64,000 nt of DNA, taken from positions 608,001 to 672,000 of the forward strand of contig OY820905.2 of the NCBI GenBank assembly GCA_963555755.3. Direction: 5' to 3'. The notes beneath the pieces are model-generated. The model was not told where the DNA came from, did not search any database, and worked only from the letters and a program-made list of their open reading frames with translations. Source of the DNA: Nitrospirales bacterium (lineage in GTDB: Bacteria > Nitrospirota > Nitrospiria > Nitrospirales > UBA8639). This document shows positions 32,466 through 42,718 of this stretch, one piece after another. The first letter of the stretch is position 1, and each line of letters opens with the position of its first letter. A program made the position numbers and the translations under genes.

Positions 32466-33751
32466 GGTGAAAGACCCCTCCCGGTTTTCCGAATAATTTT
32501 TCTTTATTTTTTTATGAGTGAATTAAGGTAAACAGGGTCTAAATGGAGTCTAAATGAAACTCCGGCGCTACCTAATGCAGGGGGAGTAGATGGTCGGCGT
32601 GTTCTAGCCCTAGATAACTCTCTTTTCCCTGCTATTTTCCCGATCATTTTCTCTCGTTCTCTTACACAACTGTCGCACTCCGGCTGTTGCATTATTGCCG
32701 TTGATTTATTGAACTGTTATTTTTTCCAATTTTCACTGAGATACCTAATTTGCTGACTTCATGCGTGTTTTAAGAGTGATGCAACAACTACCATGAAAGA
32801 CAAGTTTCCTTATTAAAACAGGAAGGAACTGTGCAATCGGGGATTCTTATCCGGCATTTCTCTAATTCCGAACTTTGGAGACATTCAAGGCCATCTTCCC
32901 TCCATCCCGTAAGCTGAACAAGACAACCAATAGGGTGCTCAGTCTGGAATCCCCCCTGGAACTTTTTCGGGGATTTTTGTAGGGTTTGGTTGAGACGATG
33001 TCTCAGACCATAGAAAAGCTGCACCATACCTTTTATACAGCAGGATATATTGGTTCGTAAACAATTGCAGATCCTCGATGCTGGACTGGATTCCAACATA
33101 GCGAAACACACTGTACATGAGAAACCCAGCATTCATTGATGCAAAGGCCATATGCGTCCAATATTGTTCGAAATAATCATCAACAGCCCCCACGAGCATG
33201 AGTACAACCATCCCATAGACAACCCCAATGTACAGGGCAGGAACACTGGTCCGCCCCAGAACTTTGGGGGTCCGGCAAAAGGGAGTCTTTTGTCCCGTCA
33301 GGGCTTGACGCATTGATTGGATGACCCCTCCAAGGTGGACGGGGACAAGTAGTAGATTGATGGCATACACCCGTGGCAAGTCCCTCCACTGATACCCAAT
33401 CAAGGTCAGGTCGTATCCGTACAGAGCAAAATAGGGCAATGCCGTCAGAGGTAACCACAGGCTGTTCATCTGATTATCAAAGGGATAAAACAGAAGAAGG
33501 ACCAACCCCACATTGACGCTCGTGATGGAGAGCAGATAATGGCTCCGCATGAGGCCTTCCTTTATGGTTCTCCACCTCATGGGTTGATTGAAAAGATACC
33601 GAAGCAAATTCGGGAAGATCAGAAGGCCTCCGTTGGCCCAGCGTCGCCGCTGGATTAATAACGCCCCAAAGTCAGGGGGCGTGGCACTATACGCCAAACG
33701 TTCTGGATAATTGTAGAGTTTCCACCCGCGAACCAGGGCCATTTCATTCTT

Positions 33752-34763
33752 TATGCCTTCCCATTTAACTAAGGTTGCTTCAGTTTATTGAATCCCAAGG
33801 GTTTTGAGCTGCTGGTCAGGATTTTCAACAAACTCTGGAAGGTACTCATTGGAGTCTCACGGCGGTTATAGCGAAAGACAAACTCATCAAGATAGTGTTG
33901 CAGGTATTTTGAATCCACTCCATGGTGAATCCCGTTCAGCCAGGTCTGCAGATTGCCGAACGCTCTATGGATGTGTGGAGCGTGCTTCCCAGCACTTGCT
34001 GGGTCACCCTGGGTCCGTCTCAGGTGTTCGTATCCTGCCAAGGCTTTTGCCGAGTATCCCTTCCAACCATCGGACTTGATCTTACTGCCCTCAGCGACAT
34101 GGCTATTGAGGAATGCTTTGATCTCGTTCTCTCCAGCGTCTTGAAGAATCGCTAATCGTAAACGCCCTGCTTTCTCTCGAAAGTGATCCCCTTGTGTGTA
34201 CGTGACAATTTCTACGGCTCCGGCTATTAACGTCTTGGTTTTCGCTTTCGCGACGCCACGGCCCGTTTTGCCTTTTACCGGTCCACCGATATGGGTTTCA
34301 TCGGCTTCAACTGTTCCTGCGAGCCGTTCACGGTTCTGTCGTACCATTCCTCGTCGCAATCTGTGGAGCAAATACCAGGCGCTATCCACCTTCTTGATAC
34401 TGAGTTGACGCTGCAATTGCACAGCACTGATGCCAGGTGTGTGCGTGGAGACGAAATAGGCAGCCCAAAACCAAAGCCGTAGCGGCAAGTGCGATCTATG
34501 CATCACTGTGCCGCTTAGCGGTGATGTCTGTCTATGACACGACGAACACTCAAACCGGAAATATTTTTTGAGCCACCAACCACCGCGATGACCGCAAGCT
34601 GGACACATAAACCCGTCTGGCCACCGAATCGCCCGCAAGTACTCGAAGCACGCTTCTTCGGTGTGGAACCTAACAGAAAAATCCAAGATATCAGCAGCAT
34701 ACCCTGTGTCCATAGTCCAGCAGACTAGTCTAGGGACTAACCTTAGTCAAATGGGAAGGCATA
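33752..34763 (-). mobile_element. IS1595-family element nested in the ISAs1 end
   Basis: TIR tatgccttcccattt.actaaggtt; 8-bp TSD tcattctt. Confidence 0.93.
33769..34713 (-). CDS. IS1595-family transposase
   Basis: Zn ribbon CPAC...CSSC, VEADETHIGG, SDGW, YLDEFVFRYNRR. Confidence 0.93.
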   Translation of the reverse strand: MDTGYAADILDFSVRFHTEEACFEYLRAIRWPDGFMCPACGHRGGWWLKKYFRFECSSCHRQTSPLSGTVMHRSHLPLRLWFWAAYFVSTHTPGISAVQLQRQLSIKKVDSAWYLLHRLRRGMVRQNRERLAGTVEADETHIGGPVKGKTGRGVAKAKTKTLIAGAVEIVTYTQGDHFREKAGRLRLAILQDAGENEIKAFLNSHVAEGSKIKSDGWKGYSAKALAGYEHLRRTQGDPASAGKHAPHIHRAFGNLQTWLNGIHHGVDSKYLQHYLDEFVFRYNRRETPMSTFQSLLKILTSSSKPLGFNKLKQP

Positions 34764-34814
34764 TCATTCTTTTTATAAGCAAGGGATTCCATGAGGTTTT
34801 TTGTGCCCTCTTTT

Positions 34815-36562
34815 TCAGGGCAGGGCCATGCGGATGGCTAAATGGGGCTTGCCCCAGAGCAGTCTACACGCCTGCGCGATATTGGTGTAGCCTTTCAGGC
34901 GTAAGAGACTGATGGCATAGCGTCTCAGACAGGTCATGACCATTGGGCCATTGAGACTTCGTATCTGACTCCTGTCTTCATCAAAGGTGACGTCCAACAC
35001 ATAATGCTGCTTATTCTCCACACTCCAATGCTTTCGGTTTTGCGAGAGGATGGTCTTCGGCCCCGCCTTGTCTTTGGACTGACTCGTGACACCGCAGACC
35101 GCTTCGACGGTCGTGAGGCCCTGCTTGAGATGCGTCACTTCCCTCTCAATGCAGAAGACTTGCTGGACATGAGGAAAGTTGACATAGGCATTCAGGGAGT
35201 CATCGCACCAGATCCTGCGGGTCGTGATCTGCCCATGGCCTTTCTCGGTGGTGGCATAATCGCACCGGCGTGCTCGCAACGCTAAGGCCTCAATGTCGTG
35301 CTTCAAGGTGGGCTGGTTTCCCTTGACGGTGAAGACGAAGTCGGCGCCGCGTTCGTGCACCAGGTACTCGGCAATCTCTTTCTGGGTGAGGAGCGCATCC
35401 GCCGTGATCACCTTCCCTGCGATCTCGAGCGCATCTAACAGGGGCCGCACGCAGGGGATCTCATTGGTCTTGGAGTGAACTTTTTTTGGGTGAGGTGGCG
35501 CCCGGCTTGATGGGTGACGGCGCTGAGGACGTGGGGCTGTTCGCTTGGGACCTTCGACGTCCCCCGCATGGTCTTCCCATCAATGGCAATGCCCTGATCC
35601 TCCCCGCCGAAGGTGTCCAGCCACCGGCCGAGCAGGGTATCGACTTCACAGGGGTCGACGGCCGTGATAAAGCGGTAAAGAGTGCTGCGGCTCGGGACGA
35701 GGTAGCGCCCCCCTCGCTGAGTACAGCCTAGCCGCTTGCGCATCGGCTGCGATAACTGCTGGGCCCAGTCCGAGATCGCTTCATAGCCGCGCGCGCCGCA
35801 CAAGGTGGCACAGAACATGATCGCCGTGAGGGCGCGTCGGGTGTGCCGTTGCCCTTGCAAATGGCGGGGATCGGTCAGCTGCACCACATACGTAAAGAGG
35901 GAGTCCGTCTGTTTTGTATTCAATCTCATCTGAGGCGCTTCTCCTTTCTGATAGGGCTGATCAAGCATCGGGCGTGCAAGGATCTCTCGGGCTTGGGGAT
36001 GCAGCCGCACGACTAGGATGCGCTTCGGTCTCTCATGCTGAACATAACACGTGTTCGACTTGCGAAACCCTCGTGTCAGACCGAGCTCGTGCCACCCGGC
36101 GGCCCGATAGCAGGTCCCGGTGAAGCGGGCAGGATCGACGAAGGTCTCTAAGAGGAGCAAGGGGTAGCCGTGGTACAGTTGCCAATCGGACGAGATCCGT
36201 TTCGCGCAGAGCGACAGGACTTTCGAGGCGAGGTTCTTTTGCGAACAGCCCGGCAGCATGAGAAACCGGGTGTTGTTGGCCAGTAAATGGAGTCGTTGCC
36301 ATTGAAAACAGGGGGGCCAGCCGATCCAGTGGTCTCGCGGTCTCGATTTGAGGGCCGCCGCCGCAAACACCAGCAAGGCCAGCCAGCGATCCTGCACACA
36401 GGCGAGATATTGTATCGATTGGCCAATCAGCGGGGCATGACCGAGGTAGTGGTGTCTGTCGAGAAGGGTCTTGAAGGCGTCCTTTTCGTCTCGGACAATT
36501 GGGCGAACCACGACTTGCCTCAGATCAATGTCCGGCTGTCCGCTTGGCGATTCGTCTGGCAT
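34815..36562 (-). CDS. DUF4338 (DruA-like) + ISAs1 transposase, two ORFs joined by a -1 frameshift at 35480-35487
   Basis: HHYLG...ETFVDPARFTGTCYRAAGW; DPR, IAIDGKT; after the shift KTNEIP, DALLTQ, HWSVEN, DVTFDED. Confidence 0.85.
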
Positions 36563-38123
36563 GCAAAAGAGTATGCCGTAAACGAAAAGAAAAAGCCAGC
36601 CTAAATCGATTATTCCTTATTATCTATAAAGTTACACTTTAATATGAAATAGCCCTGCCCGCGAACAATCAGATCAATACTCGATTCCGTATCCTCAATG
36701 ACCGTACGATCCTGGATAAATTTAATAGTGGGAAGGTTGGGGTCTCCGCTTTTTCTGGCGATTTCTTTTAAGGCGGATTTCCGCAGAAGGGCATTGGCCC
36801 CCACCCAATAGGTCCCTTCATATTGGGTGAATCCCTGATGGGTGATGTATTGAATATCAGTGGTAGCCCCCGCAATCCGCTCAATGAGGTTAGGGGCGTC
36901 GGGAATGGCACTATAAGGGGTTTGCGCAACGGCAACCCGGTGCTGTTGTGGTTGCTCCATAAAGTGGACCAACCGAAGAGTATAATCAGGTAAAATTAAA
37001 CTATCCGCATCCAGGGTCAACACATACTTGGCATCCGGGATATAGAAAGTATCCTTTTTCTTGGAACTCCGTTTAAGCACCAGTCCTTCCTGTCCTGTCT
37101 CTTCGAACAGGGAGTTGCCCATCAAGCCCATATACGTATTTAGGTTCATGGCCTTATTGGGTTCATGAGAAAGATTTCGGTAACGCTTCCGTTCAAAGCT
37201 AGAAATTTCACAAGAAAACAGAGCCTTGAGGAATCGATATTCTTGATGAATCACTTGGGAAAGCTTCTCCCCATTACTTGTTTGGTGCCGTAGTAACGTT
37301 GCGGCTCTCCTTTCCAACTGTTCATTGTGAACCAAAAGAATGTTTTGCACGAACCACCGGTTCGTGTGTGAATCCCCTTCAATACTGAAGGTTTGCTGAT
37401 GAAACCAGCTTTGAATCTCTTGAAAGAGATGGATCAAGTGACCGACTTCCCCATCAAAATGGCTTAGCCCTTTCTGCTCACGTTCACGAAAGGCCGCATA
37501 AGCCTTATCAATCTGGGCCTTCTGACTGTCTAATAATTCCTGAATGTGATGGGGGAGAGCCCGGAGAGCCGTAAGATTTTCTTGGTCTTTTCTTGCAGTT
37601 GGATGGGAAGGGTCATCAATGAGTAATACGATCCGGCAATGATGATAGTCTTGGAGAGCCGCGGACAACAGGGTTTGATAGACCACTCCGGGCTCTTCCT
37701 TAAACGCAGGTACCAAAATTGTTACCCAGGAAGCCGAACGTTTATACCAACCTTCTAATTCAAGTCGGGGGGTTGGAGAATGGGTAGCCCTTCTGGAGAA
37801 ATAGGCGTGGCGCGTGAATTGGTACACTAAGTTCCCATAAACAAGGAACATGACAACCCCCACAAAAAGGAGGGTTTCAACTTTTCCAAACAACCCCGCA
37901 TGTTGAAAAATTCCTGAATGGGAATAAAAGGTTTCCCATACAAACATGCTGAAGGCGAAAAGCGTGGTTCCGATCCCTAGCAGAGTTAGAAGGAAATCTA
38001 ATTTTGAGTGACGGTATAGAGTTGGTTGTGTTGGGTAAGATTCCATAAATGATTATTTTTGGTGCAGAAAGGTGGTTCAAAAAATCGCACGCTCCAATGC
38101 TTGAGAGGGTATGATCAACTTGA

Positions 38124-38267
38124 GGGCACCTCTAAAAACCGTCCTTTTCCGTGATGGCGGCGTCAGCCGCGTGCTCACATCCTCATGTATTCGCCCCCCA
38201 TACACTCCGGTTTTCCGCGCGCGGCTTCCTTGCCCTCACAAAACATGCCTGGTTTGTAGAGGTGCCC
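38124..38267. mobile_element. MITE family D, copy 2
   Basis: Near-identical to 16700-16840; ttga duplicated. Confidence 0.85.
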
Positions 38268-38372
38268 TTGAGCCAAATTTGGCTTCGTCAACACATGGAG
38301 CGTATTCCCTGATCTCTGCCAATTCAACATGTTATGTCCAGGTGAATTGTCTGTTCAGGGTCAAATTTTCCG

Positions 38373-38387
38373 TAAGTTGACAATACC
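38373..38387. mobile_element. Solo IS6-type terminal repeat
   Basis: taagttgacaatacc matches the IS end at 27957-27971. Confidence 0.6.
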
Positions 38388-39320
38388 CTAGACTTCATAA
38401 AAATGGGTGAATAAAAAAAGCCCTGTGGGGCGTCTCAATCCCCAAAGGCCATCCGTAGTCTCAACAGGGTTATCGTATCGTTAATGGTGGTGGGTTCGGT
38501 CGTCTCCTTCGACTCACCACCCCATCGTAGTTCAGCAGTGAAGTGTAAAGAACGGGGGTAATGAAAGTAAATTGGGTGTATTGGCTAGGTGAAGACCTTA
38601 AGAACGAATGGGATATCGAGAAGATGGAGCTGCCAGGGACAACGAAGCCCCCGCGACGACCGGACAAACTACGCGAGATTCGGTTTAGATACTATTTCTG
38701 GGCAGTCCTGGCGATGGGGGTACGGGAACGACACCTAGGGCTTCTTTTTTGCCAGAGGGGATCAAGCGTACCCATCATGGCATACCCAAATCATAAAAAT
38801 CCGCAGTATCGTTGCCATTCTCCTCCTGCCCGTCCTGGCGATACCCGCCTCACCAGAAAGTTTCGGATCATGCAGAATGTAGGGTTCTGGCAGCACAATA
38901 CGATCAGGTGCACATAAATTTATGGCACTCCTCGTGGGTGATGTCGCCTCTCCTTTTGAGCGAATGGCGTCATCTTGTATTTTTAGGTAGCTGCAGCATC
39001 TCATGCTGCCTCTTCCTGGCGTCAGAGCCCCTTGGTCCGTGGGAAGAGGGCACGATACGATCGTGCAGCGACACAAGCCAGACAGCTCACAGGAAGCAAC
39101 GCCATGGCCAAGAAACTCCATGTGGCCAGAATTGGATGGCGGTAGGATAGAACCATATATTCTGGATGATCCAAAGTATCCCCGCCACCCGCACCATGCC
39201 GTAGCTCTCCGGTTGTCGTGTACAGTGAACCACGACCCCCCTTATTGGTTATCCTAAGGGATATTCCATGAGGAAAATCTCACCAATCTTAGATTAGGAA
39301 ATATAGCATTTTTTTAATAC

Positions 39321-40595
39321 TTACTGATGGGTGTGCGACAGCTGAAGCGTGGCATCCTGAATTAGACGGTCTGCCACAATAGTGGCTGCAAGTTTTTGGC
39401 CACGGGGTGTCCAGTGATTATTGCCATGATGATAGTATAGCTCATTACAGGCTTTCACATGAAACACATCAAAAAGGTTGATAAAGGGGAGGCCGTGCTT
39501 GGCGGCACTCTTGGCAATGATCGTTGTCAAAAGGCGAGGATCATAGTCTGGAAAGGTTCTTTTATCAATTTGCCAATCATAGCCAGCGCAAACATCAATG
39601 GGTGACGGTATAATTAACAGAAGACCAAAAATATGAGATGTATCAAAAAGTGTCCGGAGTTCCCTGACTAATGAATCGAACAATGCAATTTTGGTTCGTG
39701 CAGAATGGCTAGTAGGCGCCGTGGAGACGTCCACATCGTAATGATCGCTTCGAATGTTATCTAAATGAATAATGGCTTTCTTACCAACTGAGTATTCCTG
39801 GAACTCGGCCTGACTGCGGGCCAACCAAGTTTCAATCCAGTTCGTTGCAGAATCAGTTTTATACGCACTATTAATCTCGACAGAGGACACGAAAGGGATT
39901 GTTAGATTCAGGCGTCTTTCTAATAGCACTCTGAGTTCCTTACGGATAAGGTCTGGAGCCCTGATGGCACGTTCAATGGCAAACATGTTTGAAAGTTGCC
40001 GTTTTCGCCTATACGACTCGATGACCTCAGGTGCCAGTTCGATTGTCCGAAACCCAAGACCACCGTTTTCTTGCCTAAAAAGAATTTTATTTCTGACGAG
40101 ATCACCAAGATCGTTGTCAGCAAATATGGAAAAAATAACCATGTCATGTCGAAACGCTGAGACAGCTTGTCGTAATCGTAAGTAGGTTTGATCGGGGCCG
40201 TACCCATCCAAGCCTGCATTGAAAGTGGCAATGGAAGGTTGGGCCCGTTGTTCCAATTCCTTGTGCAGGTAATAAGCAAAGGTTTCTTCACTTTGCACAA
40301 AACTACCCTGAATAAAAGAATCACCATACACACCAATAGCCAGATCGGCGGTGGCCAAGTTACCACCATCCATAACACGATGGCCCCGCTCATCAAATTC
40401 CGTCCAAATCACTTCCCCACCATTTTCCGGCATTTGGACAAAGGTAAACCGAGCTGAGGGGTTCGGATGATAGATGAGGGTTTCATCAAGAACAAACGGC
40501 GTATCGTCTCCCAACCGAATGGCATTCACTGCACCCTCCACCACTGCCAGACAGAAGCCGATGGTTAGCAAGGTAAATAAAATATTTTTTCCCAT
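39321..40595 (-). CDS. Membrane-anchored SGNH-like protein
   Basis: YGDSF, NAGLDGYGPDQ, NNHW; start MGKNILF supported by the paralog at 26800. Confidence 0.8.
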   Translation of the reverse strand: MGKNILFTLLTIGFCLAVVEGAVNAIRLGDDTPFVLDETLIYHPNPSARFTFVQMPENGGEVIWTEFDERGHRVMDGGNLATADLAIGVYGDSFIQGSFVQSEETFAYYLHKELEQRAQPSIATFNAGLDGYGPDQTYLRLRQAVSAFRHDMVIFSIFADNDLGDLVRNKILFRQENGGLGFRTIELAPEVIESYRRKRQLSNMFAIERAIRAPDLIRKELRVLLERRLNLTIPFVSSVEINSAYKTDSATNWIETWLARSQAEFQEYSVGKKAIIHLDNIRSDHYDVDVSTAPTSHSARTKIALFDSLVRELRTLFDTSHIFGLLLIIPSPIDVCAGYDWQIDKRTFPDYDPRLLTTIIAKSAAKHGLPFINLFDVFHVKACNELYYHHGNNHWTPRGQKLAATIVADRLIQDATLQLSHTHQ

Positions 40596-40727
40596 GGCAT
40601 TGTCAATGTAACGAAGATCAGACACTGAGCACACAACTCCCCAAGACATAATCCGTTGACTTGTTAGAGATCATGTTACGAGTTCTACACGTCGATGGAG
40701 CAAAATCTGGTTTAAATTGACAATACC
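40596..40727. mobile_element. IS6-type MITE abutting a start codon
   Basis: Ends ggcattgtcaat / attgacaatacc, 132 bp, no transposase. Confidence 0.7.
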
Positions 40728-40816
40728 AAATTCTAGGCTTTTCGGCTCGAAGATTGAAATAAAAAAGATAGAGAGGTAAGGGGCAGGGGGTAGCTGTGCG
40801 TTTCTACCTCGCGACT

Positions 40817-41005
40817 TTACCCCTTCCCCTTCGGCAGAATCCCCTTCTTCTCCATCTCCTGAACCCTAGCCCGCGCAAGGTCCATCAGGAACTGCTTGAC
40901 GGTCTTTCGCTCATACGCGGCGGCCATTTTGACCTTCGCCATCAACCCTCGCGGTATCTCCCGAAAATTCCACGCCCCGGTACCTTCGGCTGGTTGTCGT
41001 GCCAT
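40817..41005 (-). CDS. Small ribbon-helix-helix-like DNA-binding protein
   Basis: WNFREIPRGLMAKVKMAAAYERKTVKQFL strand-helix-helix pattern. Confidence 0.7.
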   Translation of the reverse strand: MARQPAEGTGAWNFREIPRGLMAKVKMAAAYERKTVKQFLMDLARARVQEMEKKGILPKGKG

Positions 41006-41057
41006 GACGGTAGCCTAGCACTATTGCTTGATGGCTGCAATGTCATTTAACAGACTT

Positions 41058-41075
41058 AACTATCATATGATAGTT
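41058..41075. promoter_or_regulatory. Perfect 18-bp palindrome, candidate operator
   Basis: aactatcatatgatagtt between two divergent small genes. Confidence 0.55.
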
Positions 41076-41116
41076 TACATACACTACATATTTTAGACCC
41101 AAAGGAGGTGACGCGC

Positions 41117-41269
41117 ATGCAGATGGAACGAGTGCTGGTCCAGTTTTCGGCATCGACCAAAAAGAAGCTGGATGATTTGCGAAAGTACGATTTCACGATC
41201 GCCGGTTTCATTCGTGCAGCCGTGGAAGAAACACTCAAACAACCTCTTACTTTCAAAAAAGGTCAGTGA
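41117..41269 (+). CDS. 50-aa ribbon-helix-helix-like protein (below ORF-track cutoff)
   Basis: aaggaggt RBS; MQMERVLVQFSASTKKKLDDLRKYDFTIAGFIRAAVEETLK; stop 3 nt before the integrase ATG. Confidence 0.75.
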   Translation: MQMERVLVQFSASTKKKLDDLRKYDFTIAGFIRAAVEETLKQPLTFKKGQ

Positions 41270-41272
41270 CAC

Positions 41273-42306
41273 ATGGCACGGAAAGGACACCAAGACCGCG
41301 GATTGATGAGTAAGGTGGACCCGACGGGGAAACTCCTGTGGTATGTCCGATTGATGCACGACGGCAAAGAAGGGCGATTCGGTAGTTTTCGACGAAGACC
41401 AAGGCGCCTCAATTCTATGAGAAAGCGAAAACCGAGCAGCATGAAGGCCGGTTCTTTCCCGAACGCGATCAGCATGGCAGGTATGAATTGGTCCAAGAGA
41501 CCATTGACCGCTATTTGGTGAGCATGAAAGGCATCCGGAAGGATTTGATGAAAGGCCGAAGCAATGGCCGAGTCAATAAGTATGTTGACTGGTTGCGGGC
41601 CTGTTTGAATGTGGCTATCAAGCAGAACAAGTTGACCGTCAACCCTGTGGCGAAGTTGAAATGTTTGCCGGAACCTGAGACCAAAACCCGATTGTTGACA
41701 CCTGAAGAAGAAGCCAAGTTGATGTCGGCGGTTGGTCCAACCATTGCCCCTTGGGTGCGGTTTGCCATTCTTACGGGGTTGAGGCAAACAGAGCAGTTGA
41801 CGATGGAATGGGCAAACGTGGACCTTGAATTGGGGATTGTCACCTTGCCAGAGACGAAAGCCGATGGGGTGCACTATGCCCCGTTGAACGAAGAAGCCAA
41901 GGACATTTTGAGGAACTTGGATTCCTGGCAACGATCGAAGTGGGTGTTTCCGAGTGGTAACCCCGCGACTCATGCAAACATTGCGAACCTCAAGCGATGG
42001 TTTAGAAAAGCGGTGAAACAGTCGGGCATTCCCTGGGTACGCTGGCATGACCTGAGACATTGCTTTGCCTCTCGGTTGGCCATGAGCAGGGCTCCACTGG
42101 GCACGATTGCGGCCCGGTTGAGGCATAGCGGAACGGGATTGGTGAAGCGCTATGCCCACTTGGACCCCGACCATTTACGACAAGCGGTGGAGGTGGTGGC
42201 AAACTTCGGGAAGGCCCAGAAACCGGAAGCCGCCACTAGGTTACAAAATGAAACCGTGACGGCAACCGGTACTGAGGAGAAAAATGAAGTCCGACCTAAT
42301 ACGTGA
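41273..42306 (+). pseudogene. Tyrosine recombinase/integrase, frameshifted near 41389
   Basis: TGLRQTE, WHDLRH, LRHS, KRYAH; N-terminal arm in a different frame. Confidence 0.88.
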
Positions 42307-42319
42307 GTCTTTGATTGTA

Positions 42320-42397
<78 letters not shown>

Positions 42398-42428
42398 ATG
42401 TATGAGAAACCAAGCTGATTAGGCCATA

Positions 42429-42718
42429 GGAGCCTGTCCGACATTAGCGGATCTACTGCGATTGCGCTGGAGGTGGCCAGCTTTTCCAATCGTTTTCGGG
42501 GAAGGTTGAAAAAGGCCGCCAGCTGCGTTCTCGGGCTTTTGGCGTGCTCACGTACTCCGTGTACGCTCCGCGCTCCAAAAGCCCTGCGGCCTTGCTGGAC
42601 AGCCTTTTTCAACCTTCCCCGTTTTCGTTAAATAGTCACCACTATTCGCCTCAAACGATCGAAAAATCTGCCTCAAACCAGTACAGTCTCGCGACGATCC
42701 CTAATGTCGGACAGGCTC
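42429..42718. mobile_element. MITE family E, copy 2, with nested family A (42498-42620)
   Basis: TIR gagcctgtccgacattag; inner element flanked by duplicated gttttc. Confidence 0.85.

Larger units (their letters stand above)
33734..36657 (-). mobile_element. ISAs1-family element
   Basis: TIR cagggc(c/t)atttcat; 9-bp TSD cccgcgaac at 33725-33733 and 36658-36666. Confidence 0.92.
32939..38046 (-). pseudogene. GT2 processive glycosyltransferase split by IS insertion (724 aa reconstructed)
   Basis: LIDD, LDAD, IED in 5' part and QRRRW in 3' part; halves rejoin in frame at LIVRG|WKLY. Confidence 0.92.

Noticed and set aside
35435..36562. Druantia anti-phage system
   Set aside because: Only a DruA-like domain within an IS; no DruE helicase or other components
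41263..42174. 303-aa ORF antisense to the integrase
   Set aside because: No recognisable motifs; consistent with a shadow ORF
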